From Tubiluchus corallicola (lineage: Eukaryota; Animalia; Priapulida), in assembly GCA_030141605.1 (NCBI GenBank), contig JAQGDQ010000037.1, positions 744,001-808,000 on the forward strand: DNA of 64,000 nucleotides. Reading direction: 5' to 3'. Positions 12,641 through 24,348 of this stretch are shown here, piece by piece (position 1 is the stretch's first letter; the number at the start of each line of letters is the position of its first letter). The notes below the pieces were generated by a model. The model did no database searches and was not told the origin of the DNA. It saw only the letters and a list, made by a program, of their open reading frames with translations. The position numbers and the translations under genes were made by a program.

Positions 12641-15600
12641 TCACCCACCAATGAGTATCATAGGACGATTCCTCATTTTAGCAATGTTTAACATTCCTGA
12701 AAAATAGTATGAAAGATATGTGACTATAGTGCAGAACAAAACATTTGATTGTCAGTGGCAACAAATGTAACGTCACTACCTTGACATAAAAGCTAATAAT
12801 GAATTTTGCAACAGACATGTTAATCATGCAACAACCATCCACTCATTCCTACCAATCCAAATTCTTGAAGAATATATATATATATATACAGCTGATACAT
12901 ATCACTTTACATTGAAGATATGTTAACTCATATTAATTCAATACAAATTTTAGAAGATGAAGACACCAGTGTGTAACAGTGTTAGTATATTATCATGTTA
13001 GGCAATGTGTGGTGACATCTGTTAATAAGAAAGATGAAGCATTAAAAGCTGGTGATCCTTTAAGAAAAACAACACAAAATTATATCTGGTGGTCATTAAA
13101 CTTCTTAGTGCATTTATATTCGTGGCCTGTGAATGCTACAAGTGGCAACTATCTTGTGAAACAATAGCAAAGCACAAACCAACACAAAAAACACTAAAAA
13201 TGTTTAATTTCTCGACTCAGCAAGTCAGAAGCAAACTACAGTATATCTCTCACTTAGTAACTTTGAAAAAGAAAATTGACCAGCACTCATTAATGGTGAT
13301 AATATGTACCACATATAGATGGGCATAAGTACTACATATAGATATAAGGCAGGACTAGTTGTACACTGTTAGGCATCATATGTTGGCTCTGGTTTCTATC
13401 TATGATTTTTGCTGTACAGTGGGATTAATGTTTGAAGCTCCAGTATGCACTTTCTAAGTTCAAAATAATACCTGTTCATTTCATTCACCCTCTAGGAACA
13501 CTACAGTGTGTCATGGAGCAAAAGGACTAATACTACTCTAATAGCAAGAAACACAAAAAGCCGCCTCTTCTTTAGAGCCAAGCCTTGAAATAAGCATACA
13601 CAGTAGGTGCCGCTTAATAGACTAACTTTGAATTTGAAGTAATTTGATGCAATTAACTGACTGAATCAATTAGCTAACGGATGTAGTATATTACTACTAA
13701 AGGAGTACGAGTCATGGCTCATCACCTTAGCACGCATTGTTTCTTCATGGCTGCTTTGTTTCTTTACAAAGAAATTGCTTTATGAACTACTGATCCTGAT
13801 AAAAACGTTGAAAATCTGTTGTTGTATACAATATATATTCACGCAAAACGCCTAGTCACCTAGCGCTTGAGCTGCAGTTGGTGATGACATTGTTTTCCCT
13901 GTGAAAAGCAGCAGGAGCTTAAAAGCAAATCACTGGGCAAGTGATTAGATATTTAGCTTCCAGAAACAATGAGGTTAATTGCAGCAGACCAGCGGGTGAC
14001 AAGCAGTGGCGGTTTTTATACATTTGAATAGGAGCAGTCCATACCAGGTATTTTTGAGTCAATTAAGCAACTGATTTTAATAACCATTAGTCTAATAAAC
14101 GATGCCTACTGTATTAGTAAAGCGTTTCTCTTGTCAACAGAAACCACACCTGCTGTGGCTGGCTTTCAAAAATGGGTAATTTGTTTAGTTTTTAAAAGAC
14201 TGGAGAACAGGCAAGAATGGCTCTATCTCACCTGCATGGCGCTTCTTCTTTCTCCCAACTGCTGCTCCTATGAGCTCAAGTAGCTCAGATTCTTCTACTC
14301 CGGATCTTATGGCATCTCGAAGAGATATCTCTGTATTTCCAAACAAGCAAACCTAGACAATACATTCAGAAATAAGTTATGTTAGTAGTGTAAATATCTT
14401 TTCAGCTTTTTTCTCTCTGACTTCTTTCAACTAACTGCTACATAAGCTCTTCTTTATTCTCCTCTCTCAAAGAATCTCTTGTTTCATACTATTCATTCTT
14501 CCTTCTTTAGTGCACATTTCAAGGTGGCCTAACATGGTCCCCTTCTTGGCTACCATACTTCAATAGCAAAGTATGTTTAGTTTGTCAAAGTTGTACACTT
14601 GTTAAATTTACTATAGTTTTGTTCTTTTCAATTACACAGTAATAATTTGTACATGTATTTGTAATTGTAGTTTCCTTGGTGAAATAAACTGAATTTAAAC
14701 TTGAAAAATATGCAACTCAATAAGATAAACTTTACGTTATGCAGCATCAGTTTATGTATAAAATGAACAAGTGCAGTTTCCTTCACTCATACCACAGAAA
14801 TGCTTAACCATACTTCTAGCTACAATGGCATCAAGCTATACGCATGCCAATGTACAAAATTAGAGAACTGGTTTATACAGTTGCATTACCTTTAAGTTTC
14901 CGTCAGCTGTTATTCGAAGACGATTACATGACGTACAGAAATGTTCACTCATGGAAGTAATGAAGCCGATTTGGCCACTAAATCCTGGCACTTCATACGC
15001 CTAAATGTTAACAAAGAATTTTTCTATTACTAAACTTTATGTAGTATGTAATTGTTAGAGTCCAGCTTTATATAGTGATTTATATAATATTTAATCATTC
15101 ATAATAATCTGTTTGAAATGATTTTTTACAAAAATTTATAGAGTAGAAAACATTTCAAGTGCTATAGAATAAACTTCTGCCCTCCCAAGAAAGTTCAGTA
15201 TTCAACTCACACTTGTTGTCTCCTACGAAAAAACTGACTTACTGTATCAATCACTAAATTCAGCCACTAAGCACTTACTTTTGATGTATCATTATGTCCA
15301 TCTTCCTTTTTCTTAAGTTCTGGCCATTTCTTTCTAATAATGCTTAGCATTTCTGCATACGAAACCATCTTTTTGTCATTCCATTTATTGCCATCGAATG
15401 GCATGTACTCGATAAACCGAACATCCAGTTTCTAGAAGAATCAATTTCACAGTTATTAAAATAAAACCCAGCCACAATGTACATGTTGTACATATACTAT
15501 ATAAAAGAGTATTATCAACTTTTATGTAAATAGAACTGGTGCCAACTGAAAAAGTACCTTAATAACCTATTTACAAGTTATAACCCAAGTAAAATGAAGT

Positions 15601-18600
15601 GTATGCAAAGAATGTTTAAGTCAATGGAAACATGGTACCACAAGCATTTAGACATTTATTTTAAAACAAAGTTTGGTTTCACTTGTTGCCATTGAAAACT
15701 CCCTAAAAGCCATTCTTTTAAGGTTTGTACTGTTTAACCAAACACATTTCTTAGGGAAGTTGAAGCCTGTACCATCATCCCGGGAAAATTTTTTTGTTGG
15801 TGTATTAGGATATCCTGTCTGCCACCAGAACATCACCTCATATGAGTCATGACCAGCATTCTTAGAACCTTCACTTAAACAAGAAGTACATGCAGAGCAA
15901 TGCGAAGCTTTGACATTTATTCTTGTAAAATTTTCCATGGTCCAGTAAAATTGGCATCCTACAATAGCACACTGTGGTATTTTGACGTTTTTTTCAAAAG
16001 AAAATACACATCGAATCAAAAAACAATAGTGTATATGCAAAGAGTTACTTAGTAGATACAAAGCTAGCAGGCACCATGGCATAATCTTGATCACCTGAAT
16101 TATCCACTATCCAAAACTGAATTCGGTAAACACAAAGGAAATGACACAACTACAATATTTGAATTTTACTTTACCGATAAATGTATGCCATGTACTATTT
16201 CATTATATTACGACTGTGAATGGATGAGGTGACCAGTGGAGTTCAACACTCCATCTTGGTAGTTTCAACTGCCACATTATTTCTAGCCATTCACCTCCCT
16301 GATAGAAGATGTATTGGAACTGTTGTCCAAAAGTCACTAAGACTTTCATTCAGTTCATTTTGTAGGATTAGCCTTGATAATGAAGACAGGTTCCTGTCCT
16401 GTGAGCTCCATCGATAATGAGTTAGCCTGCTGCTGAGTTCAACTTAAGTAACCAAAACTGAAATTGACTCTTGCACAGCTGCATTGTGAGGTAACAAATG
16501 ATATTTATTTTTAATTGTACCTTGTTTTCCGTAAATGACACAAAATCGCAAATTTCATCATCATTAAAACCTCTCATCACAACACAGTTGATCTAAAGAA
16601 CATAATAAATCCTGTCAGTAAAACTTAAAAAAAAAATTCAAATGGTAATCAGACCAAGTACAACATTAGGTGAGCATCCTCTGAAGAGAATGTGATAGTA
16701 CAAAAGGGGTAACTTTATCAGATTACTATTAACTAACGTAGTTCATGTCTACATCATTAAAATGGCACTGTAGTGCTGGTAGTTTAACATATAGAAAATC
16801 TCACATTAGTTTTGCTGCAAATATTTGGTATTTTAAGACCAAAAAAGTAACAGTGTACTTGTGCAGTGCACTTGTCTAGTTACACCATGTGGCAAGCTCG
16901 AAGAATTTGTGAAGGTTGTTTAGGACATTATTTTTAAAACTAGTACTAACCAGTTACACTTGTTACCTGTACAGGTATAATGAGGCATTAGTCATCTCTA
17001 GTGAAATATCATGTCAGTCTAGTTGACATTATTGCTAAAAACTAATCAGAATGAGGAGACAATATAAAAAGACTGGAATATAATACAATATACTGGAAAA
17101 GACAATATAATTAACACTGGAATTAAAACATTGCCGAAAGTCACTTGTCATGTTGCAGAAAAAAATGATAATAATTTTATCACAATTATGCACAAATAAA
17201 TTTTTACCTTCACCGGACTGTAACCCATATCCAGTGCTAGATCGATTCCTGCTAGAACCTTGTCCCATCCATTCCGTCTAGTCATGAACTGAAACTTGGC
17301 TGGGACAAGCGTATCAAGACTAATGTTCAGCTGATCGAGCCCAGCTTCCCGTAAAGCAGGCAGTCGCGACTTGAGCACAATTCCATTGGTGGTCATTGCT
17401 ATAGTTTCTAACCCTTCAAGTTCGTCTAACTGTTCTGGAAGGAAAACAATTTCAGGTATTTAAATACAAACTGAAATAAAATAAACAAGCGAAAAACTTA
17501 TATCATCAAAAAATAGCAATGATCAAGTTGATGATAGTTTCTATTTACAATTAATTAGACTATTAAATATGTAATTATGCACAACGACAACATTTATAGG
17601 TTCTCCATCAAACAAACAAATTTTTCTTATTGAGGATACCATAATTACATTATATGATGTTAGGAAAGGAGGATTAACTTTATAAATGGCTCAAATCCAA
17701 TTTGCAAGCATTTTAGCTAAGTTTACTCTTACCAGGAAACCTTGAAAGGTTCCGAGTAAATGGACAACTTATAATAAATTAATTGTCAAGTTTTCCACCA
17801 CTGAGTGAAGTAAACTGTGAGTATTATTTGAATATCATTGATTTTATTAATTTTTTTCAATTTAACATTGTTAAAGAATATAAGATTAAAACAAGCAACC
17901 AACAAATGAGCTAGGAACATAGGGGCCATCCACATATAACAATATCAAGTTTAGGATAGCTATGTGGCAGAAGATGTGATATGCCATTATAACACAAGGT
18001 AGGTAGGTGATTTAGTCACGATGTTGTTATCTGACTTCAAACTTTTTTCACAAGCAAAGGTACAAGGGTGCACCTATTTTGCACTGATCCCACTTTTGTC
18101 AGTTTCTCCATGAAATCTCGGTTCGCTGTGTTTGTTTGTGCTAAACTTCCTCAATAGCCACCACAGCTAAAATTTCTATTAATTAATATATGTTGTTGCC
18201 TGTCCTTTGGAAGAGGAAGAATAAAATGTGCAAAGAACTACATCGGTGTTAAATCGATATCAATATAAGGGGTAAGGTAGGTGGTGTGGTGTATGATGGT
18301 AACACCATCATAATGCGAGGTAGGTAGGTCCTCGAAATCCGCCGAAAACTTTATATCGTTATATGTGGATGGCCCCATACGCGGAAAAGTGATACTGATT
18401 AATCATATGAGCCTTTTCTATGAGTCTGCATCACCTGATCTTTCACAGTTAAAATTACCATAAAGTGGTGAGGCATGTTGAAAGTCAAATTATCTTAAGT
18501 ATGTGACTTACAATTAGCAATTCAATTACTAAGCAAACATACAACCAGAACAAATGTTTAGCTATACAAAAATTTAAAAACCAAGTACTGAAGATGACAT

Positions 18601-21600
18601 TTACTGATTATGGAAACTATATCAGGTCTGACTAGAGGTTCTCCTCCAGTGAGCCGAATCTTGGAAACACCCTCTTTTACAAACAAACGACTAAGTTGAA
18701 TTATTTCATCCCCAGTCAATAGCTTTTGCTTTGGAGACAATTCTACACCTTCTTCAGGCATGCAATAGTGACCTATGTAAAGAGGAAAATGAGACTCAGC
18801 AAGAAAATACTAAATTTCAGAATGCAATGCTAAAAATAAGTTTCAGCCTTACATGTAAAATATAAAACTGTAATTTCAAGAATATGAAAGTAGAAGAGCC
18901 TAATTAATCAAAGTCAGAAATATTAGTGTTGGGGACCATCATTGCAATACCACCTGTGCATCATATCATATAATTAGACAGTAGAATACATTGCAGCAGG
19001 AGCAAGGCTGCTCATTGAACATTCGAATTCGTGTTTGAATGTAAATTATCCAATTTGGGTCAAATTCAGTTTGGCTTTTACTATTTGAGTTTCCATTGCA
19101 AATAAGTTTAATGTTATCGTCAAATATCATACAATGCACAACATAAAAAAAGATTAAGTACTGATAATGATGATAACTACATCGTAAATTGCATTTTTCC
19201 GTAAGAGAAATCCTAAGATAGTTGTGCTTGCGACCATGGGAATCCACCAAAAACTCAGAAAATGGCTTTACATCTTCATCGGCAAAGAATTGATGTTTCT
19301 GAACATTACTATCCTGTGACAAAAAAATTATAATGGATAATGTACTTGTGCTATACTGATTGCATTATAAGGAAGCTGTGATAAAGCGGCACATTAAATT
19401 TTATCAAGTAATTTTCTAGCCATATAGATGATTAGGCCAATGTTGCTATCTTAGAAATTGCAGACTGGCAAAGTGATTTTTATATTATTGCAAGAAATTT
19501 GCCATTGTGCAACTCTTTGTGAGCCATTGGCCTCAACAATTTCTAATAATTTGAAAAATAGTATGACACAAAATTAATACTTGTTTGCCATTATGTAAAA
19601 AGAAGTACTTACTAACAATTTAGAAATGTTTATTTCTGATACAGTTTACTACGTTGTAAGCTTATATTGAGCACTTAACAGCTACACCTACTACCAATGT
19701 CGACTAGCTGTTGGACTAGGGCATTATCAAACATAATCTTTAACAATGTCTGGCAGCTGTGTCAATCCATTTCTAACCAGGCACAGTGCAGCTTAACTAC
19801 ACTATAGCTAGCTAAATACATACAGAGGCCATTAAGCTAGTTATACGTATACAATATAAAGTATTAGTATATACTAAAGTGAAAGTATAAAAAACTAGGT
19901 TAAATTTCTAGTATTGACATTCACGTTAACTTTGTGTGGGTGCCTGGTCATTGTAATATTATTGGAAATGATCTCACTTATTACTTGGCTAAAAAGGCTA
20001 CCTCTGATACTTAATTTATGGATGTAAATTCCTGTATTTACACTTTATTTGGAGGACTGGTGATATGCCTCGTGACTTTGTCAATGCTAACATCACCATT
20101 TTGTTCAAAAAGGGTGATCGCAGTGATTGCGGTAACTATCGTGGCATTTCCTTACTCAGTGTTGTCGGAAAGCTTTTTGCAGACATTCTTCTCGTTCGGC
20201 TGGACAAGATTTTGGAGCGTATCTACCCAGAGTCCCAGTCAGGGTATCGACGGGATCGCAGTACCATTGATGGTATTTTTACGATTCGTCAGCTAATGGA
20301 GAAAACGAGAGAGCATAGAACATCAATGCATATTGCCTTTATCGACTTTACAAAGGCTTTTGACAGTGTCAATCGCGAATTGCTGTACAAGGTGCTTTCA
20401 AAGTGTGGATGCCCGGATCGATTTACAAGTATGGTAAAAGCTCTACACACTGATATGCTAGCGCGTCTCTCTGTCAATGGCCAGCTTAGTGATCCTGTAG
20501 AATACAACAGCGGTGTGAAACAAGGCTGCAAGTTAGCTCCATCTCTTTTCGGACTTTTCGCTGCAGTCCTTTTGCAGGTAGCCTTCGGCAGACTTGGCTC
20601 GACGAAGAGCATTCATGTTCGATTCAGATATGATGGAGACATTTTTGACCTACGTCGACTCAAAGCAAGGACGAAGACACGAATGATGTTCCTGCGTGAA
20701 GCGCAATATGCCGATGACATAGCTATCTTCTCTGACAACCCGGAAGACCTTCAGGATCTCATCGACATTTACAATGAAACTGCAAAGAGAATGGGACTGC
20801 GCATTAACAAAAGGAAGACTGAGACAATGAGTGTCGGCTCTAGCGACAGTGTCAATTTTACCATTGACGGAGAACAGCTTGGAAGTGTGCAACAGTTCAA
20901 ATATCTCGGAAGTTACATCTGCTCAGATACTCGATTGGATACTGAGCTTCATGCAAGAATTAATGCTGCAGCCAGCTCTTTCGGCCGTATGAGGAAACGT
21001 GTCTTCGATAACCATGACCTTACCATCGCCACTAAACTGCAGGTGTACATGCATTGCATCATTCCCCAGCTTTCCTATGGTCAGGAAACGTGGACGCTCT
21101 ATCAAGATCAGGTCAGGTCTCTTCGTGCGGTTCAGCAGAGACATCTGCGTCACATCCTTCGTATTCGCTGGGACGACTATGTGCCAAACGAAGACGTGCT
21201 GGCTCGTGCCAAGATGGAAGATATCGAGGTTACGCTTACTAAGGCTCAACTTCGGTGGTTTGGGCATGTGGTCAGAATGAACGATAAGAGACCGACAAAG
21301 GCTCTTCTTCATGGAGAACTAACCAGTGGCTCTCGCAGTGTTGGTCGTCCTCTCCTTCGCTTCAAGGACAAGGTGAAGTTCTTTCTGAGGAAAGGTGGAA
21401 TGTTGGACAAGCTGCCTTTCGCAGTTCACGACCGTCCTGCATGGAGATCCCTAGTCAACAACTGTGCCGAAAAACTCGATGAAGAAAGACGGATGCTTGG
21501 ATATGCAAGAAGGTTCAAGTCGTGGATAAGAGATGGTTTCATGGACATCTGATTTGCACTGATTTAGCCGTATCGGCTTCGACGTTGTACATTTTATTTA

Positions 21601-23099
21601 CACTTTGCAACATGTCAGGAATGCAAGATGAAAAACTTTACATCATAAATGGCAGTTTCGGTGGAATCACTCTTCAAATGGTAGATTCTTCTAAAATTCG
21701 TGTTCTGCCCTAATCTTCAATAGAAGACTTGATTTTCAGTCAAAGTCACAGTTTTCTAAGCTCGCTCAGTTATGTACGGGTTATTCTAAACTTAACTACT
21801 ATATTCATAAGATTGGAAGCGTTGTTAATTCTCCAATCTGTCTGTGCGATCCAGTGGCATCTACAGAACATTTTTGTCTGAGTGTGTACTTTGTTCTAAT
21901 CAAAGTGATGTGCTGTTATACAACATTGCCTGGTATGCCGGCTTCTCTGACTTTAAGATAGTAGATATATTATCATGTGAATCAAAAAGATTTTGATGCA
22001 ATAATTAACGATATAAGATACAAAAGATTGTTCTTTCATAGATACAACTGAACGTTTAAACAAGCAGACACTATTACAGTGCACTGGTTTTGTCAGTGTT
22101 AGAGTCACATCACAGCAAACTTCCTTTTTAGTTTTTGTGAGAAAATGTTCCATTATGACAAACAACTCCTATGTGTTGATTAAAACATCTGCGTGAACAT
22201 TTTGTCGATAGACTTTGATGCTGAGATCTCGTGAAATGGGGATATTTCAATTGTATATTCTTTTCATAAAAAGTTTTATCATGATTTGCGGATCGAGAAT
22301 TACGAAGACACAATGGGGATTATAAAATAGAAAAATAAGGAAGGATTTCGAAGGAAGTGAGGCGATTTGATTCCGGTGTTTCGTATCAAGAACAATCTGC
22401 CTAAACTACAGCTTGGTCGTTATTTTGCTAATAATCTACGAGGTATTGGATATAAAGCTATTAAGCCCAGATGCAGAAACAGGAATAGGTTTATGTTCAG
22501 GACTGTCAATGATTGGAATTCATTAAATACTAAGGTATGGTGTGCCACTGATGCTTCACACTTTAAAACAAAACTGGATCAGTATTGGAAAAACCATCCT
22601 GAAATGTATCACGACCCATTTCAGCCTGAATGGACCCTATTAGCAGAGAATTAAAGACTCCCACCTGACTTCGGTTTTTTTTCGGTTTATGTAGTATTTA
22701 ACGTGTATTGCTTTGCCACATTGTATGTATTTGTGCGAATAAAACTGAAGTGAATTGAAATTGACTATACACCACAATACACCAGTATTAACAGTTACAG
22801 TGTTTAAGCGGATCCACAACATTATGTATACAATTAAGTATTACAACCAAGGGCAAAACGCTATTACTTAGCTTCGCCCTGATCACTGAAGCTAAAGGTA
22901 AGGTAATAATGAAAAGTACCTGGACGGCTGCTGGCATTGTTTTAGCAAATGTTGATCTGCATCTAACATCATGGCTTCTTGCTGATAATCGATATGCAAC
23001 CACACTTGAAAAGAGAGCACAGTTACCCAGCTTACAATACGCAAGTCCAAACTTTTGGCTTTTCAGCAAAAGTCTGGTATAAAATATTTTAGATATCAT
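12641..23099 (-). CDS. MOCS1: MOCS1A (MoaA, radical-SAM GTP 3',8-cyclase), 9 coding exons
   Basis: Exons 23099-22920, 19313-19181, 18772-18605, 17434-17208, 16592-16521, 15431-15279, 15000-14890, 14352-14232 and 12696-12641 splice in phase. Motifs: [17 protein letters not shown] (CxxxCxxC), [49 protein letters not shown], and C-terminal NRPMILIGG*. Exon 1 is basic and resembles a mitochondrial presequence. Confidence 0.95.
17922..18376. mobile_element. PIF/Harbinger-like MITE in a MOCS1 intron
   Basis: TIRs GGGGCCATCCACATATAAC / GTTATATGTGGATGGCCCC with a 3-bp TSD ATA. A related copy lies at ~43862-44222 and a fragment at ~25530-25590. Confidence 0.85.
20020..21552 (+). mobile_element. 5'-truncated RTE-clade LINE with an uninterrupted 495-aa RT/C-terminal ORF, antisense in MOCS1 intron 1
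   Basis: [76 protein letters not shown] and GRPLLRFKD are RTE hallmarks. No endonuclease domain is present, and GC content is higher than in the flanks. Confidence 0.95.
21645..22065 (+). mobile_element. Decayed 3' fragment of an I-group (Nimb/I-like) LINE ORF2
   Basis: Translation [15 protein letters not shown]...[40 protein letters not shown]...FIDTTERL matches the WQxxW / LRTGH / CxC..EH zinc-knuckle C-terminus of I-group LINEs. Confidence 0.65.
22283..22764 (+). mobile_element. Decayed 3' fragment of a CR1-like LINE with a short-repeat tail
   Basis: DLRIENYED...[12 protein letters not shown]...LRG...[15 protein letters not shown]...FKTKLDQYW matches the CR1 ORF2 C-terminus. It ends in AATAAA-ACTGAAGTGAATTGAAATTGA. 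Confidence 0.75.
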
Positions 23100-24348
23100 A
23101 ATAAATAATAAGTTCTGGCAAAAAGCTTTAAACTACTTCTAATCTGCACCCAGTCTCTCAGATAAGCGTTAATAATATGTAATAAACTAATCATAATTTT
23201 GTACAGCACAGAAGGTCGTCCATCACAGTGGTGTTGGGAGCCGTTTGGACCACTGCGCCAAGTAGACTAATTGGTCTACTTGGGCTAGCCCAAGTAGGAC
23301 ACTAGAGACAGGTCGTGAATTGTACTGACACCGTCCGTTGTGCTTGTTTATGTAATAATAATAATTAAAAACGTTAATACACGTTGAATAATTTATTATA
23401 CATCTAATAAAATAAAAGAATTTTATTCTGAGCTGGTAGAACGGACAATATTAAATTTGGTTTCGATATTAATGTTGTTGAAGTGAAAAAACCCCACTTT
23501 TTTGCGAATTCAACATTTGTATAAGGTATATCATTTTTGATTTTGTCTCACTTCACAAACAGGTGATCCGTTTCACTACCTCTTGGGCAAATAATTGTTT
23601 TCTTATAAGTAAACGTTCTAGCGATCTATGTGTCCTACATGGGCTAGCGAGCCATGTAGGACAGTGCCCTACATGTTACAATACTACTGATAATATTAAA
23701 ACTAATTATCCTTGCTTTTCTTAAATGTTAAAAATTACTTTTTGGTGTTGTGAAGGCTTAGCAGCATCTGTCTCATTTTTAAATTTGCAATTATTTCTGT
23801 AATAACTGTGTGCAGAATTTCTCTCTTTAAAGCATTAGATACTAGGTTTAATGTTATGATATATTAGTGGAGTAACTGGAGTTAATCATAATGATGAAAT
23901 TATTGTAAGAAATGCATTTGTAAATTGCCAAGGAATATCCATTTCTTAAAGAAATTTTGTTTTATGCTTTATTATGTCATAACAATACTTATAAACAATG
24001 GTAATATAAACTGGAAACAAGTTTTGCCAGAGCAAGTTTCTCGACAAAAATCGCTAGTGTCCTACTTGGGCTGCCCACGTAGGACACTACTTTTAGCGCA
24101 TCAAGTGGTCTACTTGGCGCAGTGGTCGAAACGGCTCCCAACAGTGGTATTGAGGCACACAGAGGTATCTTTGGGCCTAACGTTAAACATGCGCAAATTG
24201 CCCAAAGGTTGCTCCTATTGCTACTCATACGCTGTTCATAAAGTAGAAAAATGTTTATTGTGAGATTTTCTTATAATATTATTAAGTGGTATCAGTGAAC
24301 CTTAATCGTATTTTGCATCATTTGTGCAGTTTTTCCAAGTCCTGTTAG
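23100..24348. promoter_or_regulatory. Divergent (probably bidirectional) promoter region of MOCS1 and GADD45GIP1
   Basis: Start codons face away from each other at 23099 (-) and 24349 (+). Only ~335 bp is left once the MITE is removed. Confidence 0.6.
23232..24143. mobile_element. Non-autonomous DNA transposon with TGT...ACA termini and 4-bp TSD (Ginger-like termini)
   Basis: ~35-bp TIRs TGTTGGGAGCCGTTTGGACCACTGCGCCAAGTAGAC / GTCTACTTGGCGCAGTGGTCGAAACGGCTCCCAACA (one mismatch); TSD GTGG at 23228-23231 and 24144-24147. Confidence 0.85.

Noticed and set aside
15648-16094. 148-aa Cys-rich intronic ORF in MOCS1
   Set aside because: No recognisable domain, and it is not needed for the phase-consistent MOCS1 model; probably chance or a decayed repeat.
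20289-21312. Several antisense and alternate-frame ORFs over the RTE element
   Set aside because: Shadow ORFs of a GC-richer coding sequence, with no independent motifs.
22065-22283. Possible fourth LINE (L1/Tx1-like) fragment within the LINE stack
   Set aside because: Only faint hints (HWFCQC, KWGYF); insufficient without a profile search.
23925-24263. 112-aa and 79-aa ORFs upstream of GADD45GIP1
   Set aside because: They run across the MITE right end, begin at non-ATG codons and show no transposase motifs.
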